A DNA stretch of 64,000 nucleotides from an uncultured delta proteobacterium (GCA_963769935.1 CAVYNY010000010.1:480001-544000), one strand, 5' to 3'. Shown: positions 31,580 to 42,460, counted from the first letter of the stretch. The notes: a model not told the origin generated them from the sequence alone. Translations and numbers: made by a program.

Positions 31580-34024
31580 ATGATAAAACGGGAAAACCTC
31601 AAACAAGCCATCGAAGAAATTTCAAAGCGCGATCCCGCCATCGGGTATTCCCTGGATGCCATGCTCGGGGCGGGCGAAATCGGAGTGCCGGATAAAACCG
31701 ACTGCCGGCAATGGGGCCGACGAGCTTTTTTTTCTCTTCAAAGGTCAGCCCGTTTTTGTCAAAAAATATCTGTATTTCCATGAAGGTACCGTCCCGCTCG
31801 AACAGCAGCTGCTCATCAAATACGGGGAGCTGGTTAAAAAGCAGGAACTGCAGGACAAGCTCCGGCCCCGTCGATTACCTCCGGGCCGCCGGCCAGATCC
31901 ACCGGGCCGCGCTCAAATTGATGGTCGGCCATGAGATCGATTATGCCGTCACCCGCCTCCGCAGCGAGCTGGCACAACTAAAACCCGGCAGCGATGAGCT
32001 TGCCGATCGACCCGATGCCCCTGAAAACGGATCGGCCGCTCAGTTTGCGCACCGCCGCCGTATTCAGGAACTCAGCGGCCTGATCACTTTGCTGGAAACC
32101 GTCCAAGAAGATGACCGGCCGCTGGCGGAGTACCTGAAAGACAGCCGCACCGCGGGCGATTCGACATTCCAGGCGGATGGGGTGGTCGAATATGTCACCC
32201 CGGCCCGGTTCATGCCATTTCCCTTTTGTCTGGATGCCCTGCTGCAGGTGGCCGCCATGAACCTGGAATTCTTTCATGTCCGCTTTCTTTTAGCCTGTTT
32301 AATCGGATCAAACCGGCCAGCGGCTGTATGCCTGTGTGGCTGCAGGAAAAATTCTGGGTTTGATCTTTCTTGAGCCGAAAACAAATTTTTTAAAGCAAAG
32401 TCTGGAAATAAAATATCTGGCGACCGTCGGCGGGCTCGCCCAAATTCTGCCGGATCCGCGGTTGAAAAAAGTTCGCGGGGTGGGCACCTTTCTGGTGGCC
32501 GGCGCCTGGCTGCTCTGGAAAAGCTGTTTTCCGAAGGCCGGGGAATTGGTCCTGAGCGCCGAAATCGGCGCAACACGCTTTTACCGTTCCATCGGGTTTC
32601 GTCGGCGCCGCCCCTTCGAATACGTACTCGAGGCGCCCGCGGGATTTTTGCTGCGCAGTATTCTGGTGATGGTCAACAACCTGTGCCAATCCCGCCGCCG
32701 GGCTGCTCGCTGCGACCGGCGGCCTGATTGAATCACAGATCAGGCGCCTGCACAAAAAGCTCTCATGGACACGCGGCGCAGGTCCAGCGCAAGATGATTA
32801 TTTGCTTTTTTAAAAGTTTGTCTGCAATCCCGCACCCACCCGATTTTAGCCGACCAGTTGGTTCGGCATCTGTTCAAATACCGCACTAAATTACCCGAAG
32901 CCGCGGACCTGCTGGATCTGGCGGCCGAGTCCGGATGGGTGCGATTGTATCGGGCGCCGCCGCCCAACGTTCAACCGCTGCTGGTGGCCTGCAGCGATCA
33001 GTTCACCCGCCACCTGGAAAACATTTTTCATCTGGAAAACGCCAAACGCATCCAGGCCGTTCAATCCGTCATGCAGCACCCGACGCTGGCCGGTAAATGG
33101 CAGGCGGTTGAACCGCGTCCGGCCTCAATCGAAGAGCTTGCCTGGGTGCACACGGCCGGGCACATCGAACGTATCGCAGCGACTGCCGGCAAGCCCCTGA
33201 GCGTCCTGGACCCGGACACCCAAACCAGCGAGCAATCCTATGAAGTTGCGCTTCTGGCAGTCGGCGCAGTATTCAATCTTCTGGATGCCGTCTGCTCCGG
33301 CAGCGGAAAACGAGGATTTGCATGCATCCGCCCTCCGGGGCACCATGCCGAACCGGACAGGGCCATGGGATTTTGTCTGTTTAACAACGCGGCCCTGGGC
33401 GCCCGTTACCTGCAACGGCGCTGCGCCGTCGAGCGCGTCATGATTGTCGACATCGATGCCCATCACGGCAACGGCACCCAGGCCGCGTTTTATGACAACA
33501 ATGACGTCCTTTATGTGTCCCTGCATCGATTTCCGGGATTTCCGGGCACCGGCAATTTCGGCGAGGTCGGCTGCGGCCGGGGCGAAGGCTTCACGGTCAA
33601 TGTGCCGCTCGGCGGCGGTCAGGTCGACCGAGACTTTATCGAAATCATTTACTACCTGGTCCACCCGCTGGCGCGTCACTTTAAGCCCGGCATGATCTTG
33701 GTGTCCTGCGGCTTTGATCTTTACCTGCACGACCGCCTGGGGGGCATGCGCGCCACACCCGAAGGTTATGCCCTGCTGAGCGCGCTGCTGGTGGACATTG
33801 CCGAGCAGGTATGCGGCGGGCGCATCCTTTTTATCCTGGAAGGCGGCTACAGCATCAAGGGAATTCAAGAGTGCGGCCTGTACCTGCTGCAGGAGCTTTG
33901 CAGTGTGTCGCCCGTCCGCCGCGACAAGCTGAATCAAATCATCACCAATCCCCGGCCCAAACTCGCGCCATTAATAAAAGCCATCCAGATCCAGCAGCGC
34001 TACTGGCCGACCTTGATCGCTTGA
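31580..34024 (+). CDS. Putative ~810-aa fusion: unknown N-domain + GNAT acetyltransferase + Zn-dependent deacetylase (HDAC family), frameshifted
   Basis: Successive ORF pieces 31580, 31656, 31711, 32336 and 32858; GNAT motifs LEIKYLAT, VRGVGTFLV, ATRFYRSIGF; no good independent start for the HDAC part. Confidence 0.6.
32858..34024 (+). CDS. Histone deacetylase family domain (intact reading frame)
   Basis: RPPGHHAE, GFCLFNN, DIDAHHGNGT, SLH, FPGTG, NVPL, GFDLYLHD, LEGGY. Confidence 0.93.
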   Translation: MVRHLFKYRTKLPEAADLLDLAAESGWVRLYRAPPPNVQPLLVACSDQFTRHLENIFHLENAKRIQAVQSVMQHPTLAGKWQAVEPRPASIEELAWVHTAGHIERIAATAGKPLSVLDPDTQTSEQSYEVALLAVGAVFNLLDAVCSGSGKRGFACIRPPGHHAEPDRAMGFCLFNNAALGARYLQRRCAVERVMIVDIDAHHGNGTQAAFYDNNDVLYVSLHRFPGFPGTGNFGEVGCGRGEGFTVNVPLGGGQVDRDFIEIIYYLVHPLARHFKPGMILVSCGFDLYLHDRLGGMRATPEGYALLSALLVDIAEQVCGGRILFILEGGYSIKGIQECGLYLLQELCSVSPVRRDKLNQIITNPRPKLAPLIKAIQIQQRYWPTLIA

Positions 34025-34163
34025 AGTGAAAACTTTAATACCCAGCCCTGTAACCTGCCGGTTGACACCCCTCCCATTGCCTTTGACGGGAATCTGAAAA
34101 AAAACTGAAATAATTCTAGTCTGTTATCCTGAATTTAGATCAATTCCCCCGACCGAAAAGTAA

Positions 34164-34179
34164 TGGCATGGTTCTTGAG
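34164..34179 (+). promoter_or_regulatory. Sigma54 promoter (variant -12)
   Basis: TGGCAT-ggttc-TTGAG; class B site 115 nt upstream. Confidence 0.55.
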
Positions 34180-34239
34180 TAAGTAGAGGATGACCGGCAG
34201 CGGCCTTGGCGTACAAGTGAGCTCTTATGGCCGGGTTGA

Positions 34240-34811
34240 GGTTTCAGGTGTCAGCGCCGCCGCCGGCCAAAACAACGGCCGGTCTGATCGAAAAAGAAAC
34301 ATAATAGTTCACCGCAGAGCCCGCCGAGAAAGAAAAGTTAAATTAATCTCTGCGCTCTCTGCGGTGAGACACTTCGTAAAATTGGCATCGAATTTAAGGA
34401 AGTTTCATATGAGGTGTCAGCAGCTCCGCTGACTGCCGAAGCGGCCAGTTTGTCGAGGAGGAGACTTAAATTTTCACCGCAGAGAAAGACTGAAAAGGCA
34501 TTGCTGGCAGGTCGAAAAATGAAAGATGTTAATGGCTGGTGGGAGTGGTTTTTAACCACGATTTCCGATGTTGACCCGACCGAGTTAATCGCGGTTGCAT
34601 CCAGCCCGTAGGGCTTACGCCCCGGAGTGAAAACCGCTCCCACAAGATCCTTAAACGGTCATCAGGTTCCAAAAAATTAGTGGTTCTTTCCATTTTTAAA
34701 GGGAAGTTAGAGGGGATTTCGTCTTCGATCAAACTGGCCGCTTTTCTGGCCAGAGGCGGAGCTGACACCCGAAACCTGACACCTGACACCTTAACCCTGA
34801 AACCTGAAACC
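34240..34811. repeat. Nested intergenic repeat mosaic
   Basis: Inverted ~60-bp copies at 34240-34300 and 34718-34811, a third copy at ~34413, (ctgacac/ctgaaac)n heptamers, CACCGCAGAG hairpin, REP-like gtgggagtggtttt...aaaaccgctcccac. Confidence 0.75.
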
Positions 34812-34831
34812 AACACAAAGGTGATTTACCC

Positions 34832-36628
34832 ATGGAAACCCGGACAGCAACCCCCAACGGCAGCCGCGAGAGCAGCACCGGTGAGTGGCGCAAGAAATAC
34901 TACTCGCGTTTGTTCCGCAAATTCGTTCTTTTAACCGTCTTCTGTTCGCTGACGCCGCTGCTGCTGGTGGGGTGGGGCATAAACATTTATTACACGCGCT
35001 TCGCCAGGGAGCGCATGCTGAATGATCTGCAGACCGAGGTAGCACACCATCGTAAAATTATCGAACTTTTTTTAGCCGAGCACAGCTCAAAGCTGCGTCT
35101 TATCGCCCATTCCCATTCGAAAATCGATTTAACCCGGATTTCGAACCTCACCGGCATTTTCGATATGATCAACCGCGATTACTGGGCCATCACCGACCTG
35201 GGCATCATCGATGCCGACGGCCGGCATCTGGCCTACATCGGTCCCTATGATTTAATGAGCAAAAATTATTCCGAGGCGGTCTGGTTCAAAGAGGTCATGC
35301 AAAAGGATATCTACATCAGCGACATGTTCATGGGATTCCGCCAGGAGCCTCATTTTATCATCGCGGTAACGCGCCTGGAAAACGGTGCCAAGTGGATTTT
35401 ACGCGCCACCGTCAATACGGAGGTCTTTCGCTCCCTGGTCGAAAATGTCCGCATCGGAAAAACCGGTCAAGTGTACCTGCTCAACCGCGAAGGCTATTTT
35501 CAAACCACTCCTCGCTTCCAGGGAAAAATAATGGAAAAGGCGCCCTACCCCATCGAAGCCTACCAGCCGGGCATGCGCGTCAGAGTTCTGGCAGCGCAAA
35601 ACGGAGACGCCTCCGGAAGCCGGCCGCGTCAAATCGTATGCGAAACATGGCTTGAGAACCCAAAGTGGCTGCTGGTGGTCAGGCAAAATTATGCCGAAGC
35701 TTTCAATGACGTCAATCACGCCAACTATGCCATCCTGATCTTTCTTCACCTCAGCGCACTGACCATTCTGGTGGTCGCGATTCTGATTACCCGGCATATG
35801 ATTTCTGTAATCAAAAATCGCGACCGGGAAGCCGACCAGCTGAGCCGGCAGCTCTTGCAGACAGGAAAGCTGGCGGCTATCGGCCAGCTGTCGGCCGGCG
35901 TGGCGCACGAAATCAACAACCCGCTGGCCATTGTGCTGACCGAAAGGCAGCTTTTGCTGGACGCCGCCGAACGACATCAGATTCAAAGCCGGGAGTTTGA
36001 GATCCAATTTGAAGATTCCATGAACCAAATCGATGTGCAGGTGCAGCGCTGCAAACGCATCACCCACAATTTGCTCAGATTTTCCCGCCGGACGGAATCC
36101 CTTCTGGAAACGGTGGATATCAATCAGTTTATCAGGGAAGTCATCGAGCTGATGGAGCGCGAGGCGCGGGCCGACGGAATTAAATTCCAGGTGGACCTGG
36201 ACGAGTCGCTGCGGCCGTTGGTTTCCGATATTTCCCAGCTTCAGCAGGTTTTTTTAAATATCATTACCAATGCCATTGACGCCCACGACGGCAAACCCTA
36301 CGGTGCCATCCGCATTAAAACCAGGGCCGGCAAAAACAACGACGGGGTGTCGATTTCATTCAGTGACAGCGGTTCGGGCATTGCGCCTGAAAATTTAGAT
36401 AAAATATTTGACCCGTTTTTTACCACCAAACCCGTGGGCAAGGGCACCGGCTTGGGTTTATCGATCTGTTACAGCATCATGAAACAGCTGGGCGGACACA
36501 TTGCCGTGCAAAGTGAAGTCGGCAAGGGATCTGAATTTACGCTGTTTATTCCCGACAATCCGCCCACACAACTACGGGAAGACATGGCCAATGCGCAGGG
36601 AGCGCAGTTGGCGGCAATGTCATTCTAA
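34832..36628 (+). CDS. Cache sensor histidine kinase
   Basis: 2 TMs, [10 protein letters not shown]1/F/G2 boxes. Confidence 0.93.
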   Translation: METRTATPNGSRESSTGEWRKKYYSRLFRKFVLLTVFCSLTPLLLVGWGINIYYTRFARERMLNDLQTEVAHHRKIIELFLAEHSSKLRLIAHSHSKIDLTRISNLTGIFDMINRDYWAITDLGIIDADGRHLAYIGPYDLMSKNYSEAVWFKEVMQKDIYISDMFMGFRQEPHFIIAVTRLENGAKWILRATVNTEVFRSLVENVRIGKTGQVYLLNREGYFQTTPRFQGKIMEKAPYPIEAYQPGMRVRVLAAQNGDASGSRPRQIVCETWLENPKWLLVVRQNYAEAFNDVNHANYAILIFLHLSALTILVVAILITRHMISVIKNRDREADQLSRQLLQTGKLAAIGQLSAGVAHEINNPLAIVLTERQLLLDAAERHQIQSREFEIQFEDSMNQIDVQVQRCKRITHNLLRFSRRTESLLETVDINQFIREVIELMEREARADGIKFQVDLDESLRPLVSDISQLQQVFLNIITNAIDAHDGKPYGAIRIKTRAGKNNDGVSISFSDSGSGIAPENLDKIFDPFFTTKPVGKGTGLGLSICYSIMKQLGGHIAVQSEVGKGSEFTLFIPDNPPTQLREDMANAQGAQLAAMSF

Positions 36629-36640
36629 AGGAGGAACACC

Positions 36641-37099
36641 ATGATAGGATCAAAAATTTTGCTGGTCGATGATGAAGTCGTATTTACCCAGAATATGGCA
36701 AAGCTGCTGTCCAACCGGGGATATGCCGTCACGGTGGTCAACAACGGGGATGCTGCGATTCGAGCACTGGAGGAAAAGGATTTTGACGTGGTGGTGCTGG
36801 ACCTCAAGATGCCCGGCAGGGACGGTATCACGACCCTGAGGGAAATCAAAAAACTCGGTCTGCTCACCCAAACGCTGATTCTGACCGGGCACGGCTCGAT
36901 CGATACCGCCCTGGAGGCGATCAAGATAGGGGCCTATGACTATCTCACCAAGCCGTGTGAAATTGACGAACTCATCGGCAAAATTGAAGGCGCTTGGGAA
37001 AAAAAAGACGGTGAAGTAAAGAAAGACATCCAGGAAAAGATCCAGAAAGTGGTGGAATCGCCCCAGGATGTATTCGACCTGTTTCCGAAGAAAAAATGA
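36641..37099 (+). CDS. Stand-alone response regulator
   Basis: LLVDDE, LDLKMPG, LTGHG, LTKP. Confidence 0.92.
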   Translation: MIGSKILLVDDEVVFTQNMAKLLSNRGYAVTVVNNGDAAIRALEEKDFDVVVLDLKMPGRDGITTLREIKKLGLLTQTLILTGHGSIDTALEAIKIGAYDYLTKPCEIDELIGKIEGAWEKKDGEVKKDIQEKIQKVVESPQDVFDLFPKKK

Positions 37100-37122
37100 G
37101 AACCGGCGATTGGGGGCCTATA

Positions 37123-37148
37123 TTTACAAACTGTAAAAAATATCGACA
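37123..37148. promoter_or_regulatory. Putative enhancer, class A
   Basis: TTTACAaacTGTAAAAAAtaTCGACA; same spacing to its promoter as 19521. Confidence 0.6.
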
Positions 37149-37243
37149 GGCACCGCCGGCCGGAATCCATCCTGAGATCGGCTACGTTTTGACATATCAA
37201 ATTAATCAGGCATGTTACAGCGATATTCGTTCGACCCGCCGGT

Positions 37244-37259
37244 TGGCATATAACTTGCG
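37244..37259 (+). promoter_or_regulatory. Sigma54 promoter
   Basis: TGGCAT-ataac-TTGCG. Confidence 0.78.
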
Positions 37260-37374
37260 ATCTATGGACTCAAAATTTCATCCGGTGCCAAACGATTTGA
37301 TTGGTCCCGGATCGCCTCCCCAATCTGCGGTCTGTCAATCAGAGGGGTAACGACAGCATTAATTATAGCAAATT

Positions 37375-39063
37375 ATGAAATCGAATCCATACGGCGCGCT
37401 TAAAAAGACGATTTTGACCTGTATGATCCTGGTGCCTTTCATCCCATTCATTCTGGCGCTGGGCATCGGCTACTACAATTTTGCCGCTTCGCTGGAAAAC
37501 AATGCCACCACCGGCATGCACCGCATCGTGCGCGACCATCGCCAGATGATCGAATCATTTCTGATGGAAAGAAAAGCGGATCTGGAATTCATTCTCAACA
37601 CCCACGGTTTTGAAGAGCTGCGCCGGCCGGAAAACATTGAACGTGTTTTTGAAAATTTGCAGAAGGAATCACCGGCCTTCGTGGATCTGGGAATTTTCGA
37701 CGAAAACGGTCTGCATGTGGCCTATATCGGACCCTATCAGCTGTCGGGCAAGGATTATCACGAGGCTCCCTGGTTTAAAGCAGTGATCAAAAACGGGTTT
37801 TTTATCAGCAATGTGTTTCTCGGCTACCGGCAGGTGCCGCATTTTGTGATCGCCGTCGCTCAGACAGCCCAAGATCGCCCGTGGGTTATCCGCGCCACCA
37901 TCGACAGCCACATTTTCAATGATCTGGTCAAAAATGTCCGGATCGGTAAAACCGGCGAGGCCTACCTGCTGGATGCCCAGGGCATTTTTCAAACAGATCG
38001 GCGCTCCGGCGGAATCGTGATGCACCAGGATCCGGATCGCCTGAAGTACGGTCCGGTTCTTGCGGGGATCAAAACATTTATTGATACCGATGCCTTGGGG
38101 GAAACCTATCTGTATGCGACCACCTGGCTCAAAGACAACAGCTGGCTGTTGGTGGCTCGCCAGGAGAAAGCCGATGCCTTTCATGCCCTGCGCCGGGCCG
38201 CCTATCTGATCGGGTTGATCAGTATTCTGGGAGGCGCCGGAATTATCGCCGTGGCCTTCTTTGTGACCGGCCTCATCGTCCGCCGCATGGAACGTACGGA
38301 CCGGGAAAAAAATCAACTGGGGGAGCAGCTCATCCGGGCCGGCCGGCTGGCCGAAATCGGGGAGATGGCCGCCGGGTTTGCCCATGAAATCAACAATCCG
38401 CTTCAGATCATCAAAAGCGAACACGCCCTGGCGGAAATGATTCTGACCGATCTGAAAAGCAAGGGCCAGTTGACGCCATCCGAAGATTTGACGGACCTGG
38501 AAGATTCCATCGATCAGATTAAACGCCAGGTGGACCGCTGCGCGGAAGTCACCCAGGCGATTCTGAAATTTGGTCGCAAAGGAGAACCCGTATCCCAGGC
38601 CATCGATCTGGGCGGCCTTATTCCGGATGTCGTCGGGATGGTCACCCGGAAAGCCGAGGTGCACGGCATCACCATCAAACATCAAATCGCCGCGGATATT
38701 CCCGCCGTCTACGGCGACCCCCGACATCTCCAACAGGTGCTGGTGAATCTGCTCAACAACGCCATCGATGCCGCCATCGAACGCCACGGGACTTCAGGGG
38801 GCGAAATCCGGATCGAGTCCGCCCCTTCCGCGAAAAACCGTCATGTGGAAATCAAGGTGTGCGACAACGGCAGCGGCATCAGCACGGAAAACCTGGAAAA
38901 AATTTTTACCCCCTTTTTTACGACCAAGCCGGTCGGCAAGGGAACAGGACTCGGGCTATCGGTATGCTACGGCATTATCCAAAAGATGGACGGGGACATG
39001 GCGGTTGCCAGCCAGGAAAACGTCGGCACGACATTTACCATCCGGCTGCCCTCAATGGGCTAG
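37375..39063 (+). CDS. Cache sensor histidine kinase
   Basis: 2 TMs, [11 protein letters not shown]1/F/G2 boxes; paralogue of 34832. Confidence 0.93.
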   Translation: MKSNPYGALKKTILTCMILVPFIPFILALGIGYYNFAASLENNATTGMHRIVRDHRQMIESFLMERKADLEFILNTHGFEELRRPENIERVFENLQKESPAFVDLGIFDENGLHVAYIGPYQLSGKDYHEAPWFKAVIKNGFFISNVFLGYRQVPHFVIAVAQTAQDRPWVIRATIDSHIFNDLVKNVRIGKTGEAYLLDAQGIFQTDRRSGGIVMHQDPDRLKYGPVLAGIKTFIDTDALGETYLYATTWLKDNSWLLVARQEKADAFHALRRAAYLIGLISILGGAGIIAVAFFVTGLIVRRMERTDREKNQLGEQLIRAGRLAEIGEMAAGFAHEINNPLQIIKSEHALAEMILTDLKSKGQLTPSEDLTDLEDSIDQIKRQVDRCAEVTQAILKFGRKGEPVSQAIDLGGLIPDVVGMVTRKAEVHGITIKHQIAADIPAVYGDPRHLQQVLVNLLNNAIDAAIERHGTSGGEIRIESAPSAKNRHVEIKVCDNGSGISTENLEKIFTPFFTTKPVGKGTGLGLSVCYGIIQKMDGDMAVASQENVGTTFTIRLPSMG

Positions 39064-39292
39064 TATGGGTGCTTAACAAGGCGACATCGACTATTTGTTG
39101 TTGATGTTGATGATGAGGTTGCATTTTAACGTTATGAATGGACTCGAAGTGAAAATGACTAATCCGCCTAAAAAATGGCGGGCAAGAATGAGCTAATCCG
39201 CCTGTGGTGGACTATCGTTTTTAAATAGACAGAATACCGCAAATATTCAATCTTCAATCTTCAATTTTCAATGAACAAGTAGGGAGTTTACC

Positions 39293-39754
39293 ATGGAAAA
39301 AATGAAAATATTGCTGGTGGACGATGAACAACGCTTTCTGGCCACCACCCAAAAGCTGCTGGCCAAAAAAGGGATCGATGCGGTCACCGCTGCCGGCGGA
39401 GCAGAAGCCCTGGACATCTTAAACAGCCGGAGCATCCACGTCGTCATCCTGGATGTTAAAATGCCGGGGATGGACGGCAATGAAACCTTAAAGGAAATTA
39501 AAACACGGTTTCCGCTGGTGGAGGTCATCATGTTGACCGGCCATGCCACGGTGGACTCCGCCATCGACGGCTTGAAATCCGGCGCCACCGATTATCTGAT
39601 GAAGCCGACCGGTATCGATGAACTGATCGAGAAAGCTACGGAGGCTTTTGAAAAAAGGCAGCGCCTGGAGGAAAAAATACGGTTGGCCCAGGCTCGGCAG
39701 TTCATGAAATCGCCGCGGGAAATTTTAAAAGGGGCTGGGAACCTGGAAAGTTGA
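39293..39754 (+). CDS. Stand-alone response regulator
   Basis: LLVDDE, LDVKMPG, LTGHA, LMKP. Confidence 0.92.
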   Translation: MEKMKILLVDDEQRFLATTQKLLAKKGIDAVTAAGGAEALDILNSRSIHVVILDVKMPGMDGNETLKEIKTRFPLVEVIMLTGHATVDSAIDGLKSGATDYLMKPTGIDELIEKATEAFEKRQRLEEKIRLAQARQFMKSPREILKGAGNLES

Positions 39755-39768
39755 GAAAAGAGGATATT

Positions 39769-41622
39769 ATGGCAGAACGGACCAAAATCAAAGCGACCGG
39801 TTATGACAAGTACGTCAATTGGAAAATATTTTTCATCCCTGTGACCCTCCTGTTCGTTATTTTACTGATGCCCACACCCTACGGCATGCAGGATGTCGGT
39901 ACCGAATACAAAGTCGGGCCCAGGGCGGTTGTCAATTTTCTCACGGAAACACTGTTCAGCAAAAAGAGCGGGTCAGCCGAACAATGGGAACTGGCTTGCG
40001 CCCAAATCATGGAACAAAACATGCAGATGGGTGCGTTGGGGAAAAAGGGTTTCCTGAAGCGCAATTTAAAATGGGCGCAGAGCTACGGCATCCCCGTCGA
40101 CAAGGAAAATTTTGACAAAGCCATGGCCTTTGTCAAAGAGCGTATCAGCGATGAGGATTACCTGGCAACCATGCAAAAAGCCCTGACGCTGCGCAAAGAC
40201 GGCCTTAAATACGAAGAACTTTCCGCCCAGGACCGGCCGGCGGCCGACAAGGGCGCCTGGCATATCAAAGTCGCCATGGCCATGGTGGTTTTCGTCGCCA
40301 TCTGTTTTTTAACGGAGTGCATTCCCCTGCCCGGTGTGGCCTTTTGTGTCGGCTTGCTGCTGGTATTTACCGGTGTGGTTTCGCGCAAAGAAGTCGCCAT
40401 GCTCTACTGGGACGATGCCGTCTGGTTTATTATGGGCAGCCTCATGTTTGCCGCCGCCTTCGTAAAAACCGGCGTGGACAAGCGCGTGTGTCTGATGATG
40501 TTCAGCAAGCTCGCCGTCCCCAACGTACGCTGGATCACCCTGATTTTTTTTGCCATCATCAGTCCGCTGGCGGCGTTTATCTCCGACCATGCGCTGGCCG
40601 CGATGTTTCTGCCCATCGGCATGCTCCTGTATCAGAACAGTTTGACCCGCGAGGTTCCCGAAGATCCCGAGCTGGGCAAAATGCTGATGATTTCCATTGC
40701 CATGGCCTGCAATATCGGGGGTCCCGGGGCCCCGTCGGGAGGAGCCCGCAACGTAATTATGATGACGTACCTGAACGATATGTTCGGCATGGATATCGGC
40801 TATTTTCAGTGGGTCGTCTACTGTTTTCCCTATGTGATCGTCATGATTCCCCTGACCTGGTTTTTCGTCAACTGGCGGTTTAAACCCAAAATTCATTCTC
40901 TGGCGCCGGCCATGATCCAGCTGAAACGTGAAATCGATAAAATGGGCGGCTGGAACCGGCGGCAGATTTCGGCCCTGATAATATTTGTGCTGATGGTCTT
41001 CGGCTGGTTCACGGAAAAGACCTTTTACGAAATGGGCATATTGCCGGTGCGTCTGGGAATCGGTGTGATTGCCATGGCCGGTGCCGTAGCGTATTTGTTT
41101 GCCGGCGTCACCAATTGGAGAGATTATCAGGAAAAAGTGGATTGGGGCGTGATCTGGTTGTATGCCGGGGCGATAATTTTCGGCCGAATTCTGGACAGTA
41201 CTGGAGCAGCCTACTGGCTGGCACGCTCCGTTCTGGAGGTCCTGGCACCTTTGGGCATGAATTCCGGCATTCCCCTGCTGGCCACCTCCAACGGCCTGAC
41301 CGCCGTCATCACCAATCTGATGGCCGATGGGCCGGCTGCCGCGGCTGTCGGTCCGATTACACTCAACATGGCCGGGCTGGCGCATCCGGGCACTTCTTTT
41401 CTGCCGTTTATGTCAATGAGCACCGCCATTGCTTCGTCATTCGCCTATTGCCTGATTATCGGCACCCCGCCCAACGCCATCGTATATGCCAGCGGCTACC
41501 TGGAACCCAAGGATTTTTTGCGGGTCGGCCTGCCGCTGTGGATTGTGGCCAACGTGCTTTTGGTATTGATAAGCGCGATTTTCTGGCAAATGATGGGCTT
41601 TGGCGATTTGCCGATTTTTTAA
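39769..41622 (+). CDS. SLC13/DASS family anion transporter with large soluble insert
   Basis: LTECIPL, FISDHALAAMFLP, PSGGARN, VDWGV, IGTPPNAIVY; RBS gagga. Confidence 0.9.
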   Translation: MAERTKIKATGYDKYVNWKIFFIPVTLLFVILLMPTPYGMQDVGTEYKVGPRAVVNFLTETLFSKKSGSAEQWELACAQIMEQNMQMGALGKKGFLKRNLKWAQSYGIPVDKENFDKAMAFVKERISDEDYLATMQKALTLRKDGLKYEELSAQDRPAADKGAWHIKVAMAMVVFVAICFLTECIPLPGVAFCVGLLLVFTGVVSRKEVAMLYWDDAVWFIMGSLMFAAAFVKTGVDKRVCLMMFSKLAVPNVRWITLIFFAIISPLAAFISDHALAAMFLPIGMLLYQNSLTREVPEDPELGKMLMISIAMACNIGGPGAPSGGARNVIMMTYLNDMFGMDIGYFQWVVYCFPYVIVMIPLTWFFVNWRFKPKIHSLAPAMIQLKREIDKMGGWNRRQISALIIFVLMVFGWFTEKTFYEMGILPVRLGIGVIAMAGAVAYLFAGVTNWRDYQEKVDWGVIWLYAGAIIFGRILDSTGAAYWLARSVLEVLAPLGMNSGIPLLATSNGLTAVITNLMADGPAAAAVGPITLNMAGLAHPGTSFLPFMSMSTAIASSFAYCLIIGTPPNAIVYASGYLEPKDFLRVGLPLWIVANVLLVLISAIFWQMMGFGDLPIF

Positions 41623-41649
41623 TCGGTATGCAACATTAAGGAGCAGAAC

Positions 41650-41814
41650 ATGAAACAAAAAAGCGCCGCTGCGAGTCCGCCGCAAAACGAGGCTCTGCTT
41701 CATTTCAGAGAAGGCAAAATCTATTTCAGCCGTCAAACCGAGCGCAGGTTTTTCTTTGCCCTGACGGTCATGATGCTGATTCTCGGGCTTTGCTTTAAGC
41801 TGGGAATCTTTTGA
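41650..41814 (+). CDS. Small 54-aa single-TM protein (not in the ORF track)
   Basis: RBS aaggag; MKQKSAAASPPQNEALLHFREGKIYFSRQTERRFFFALTVMMLILGLCFKLGIF; fills the gap in the operon. Confidence 0.6.
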   Translation: MKQKSAAASPPQNEALLHFREGKIYFSRQTERRFFFALTVMMLILGLCFKLGIF

Positions 41815-41828
41815 GAGGTTTCAGAAAA

Positions 41829-42350
41829 ATGCCGGTCAATGAAGCACTCACGTTCCGATTTTATTTTGGCACCTTGACTCACCTGTTGAGGCATCCCCGT
41901 GAATTTTTCAGCGAGCTTCCCGGCGAGGTCGGAATGGGCCGGGCCTGCGGATTTTTATTCGTATCCGCCGTGGTATTCACCGCAGCCGGTCTGCTGCGCA
42001 ATGGATGGACCCAGCCGCTGGTCGCCGGCGGCATCCAGCTGTTGAATGCCGTCGGCCTGACCTTTATTTTGGCGGCCCTGGGCTGGATGGTCATGCGTCT
42101 GACAGCGCCCAAAAAGGTGGCGTTTGTAAGATTGTTCAGCATTTATGCCTTTGCTTCCGGGGCGGCGCTGCTGGCGGCCTGGGTGCCCTATTTTGTGATA
42201 CTCACCGAACCCTGGAAATGGTGGCTGATCGGCACCGGCATGATCAGAAGCTGCGGCCTTAAACCGGGGCAGGCGCTGGTGGTGATCGGATTGTCCGCCG
42301 GCCTCTGGACGCTGTTTGTGTGGGCCGTCCTACCGCCAAGCGTCCCCTGA
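41829..42350 (+). CDS. YIP1-like membrane protein
   Basis: LLRHPREFF, five hydrophobic segments, IYAFASG..LL.WVP. Confidence 0.7.
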   Translation: MPVNEALTFRFYFGTLTHLLRHPREFFSELPGEVGMGRACGFLFVSAVVFTAAGLLRNGWTQPLVAGGIQLLNAVGLTFILAALGWMVMRLTAPKKVAFVRLFSIYAFASGAALLAAWVPYFVILTEPWKWWLIGTGMIRSCGLKPGQALVVIGLSAGLWTLFVWAVLPPSVP

Positions 42351-42460
42351 CCGGCGGTACCCAGGCAAGCGGATATCGGCCGGGTTTGAGCATTGATTTT
42401 TCCACGGTGGCGTGTGACGATTAAACGCGATAACGGATCAAGGAAAAGGAAGAAGATAAG

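Noticed and set aside
34190..34934. Several 65-101 aa ORFs (also 43390-43631 and 45141-45491)
   Set aside because: They are translations of the intergenic repeat mosaics.
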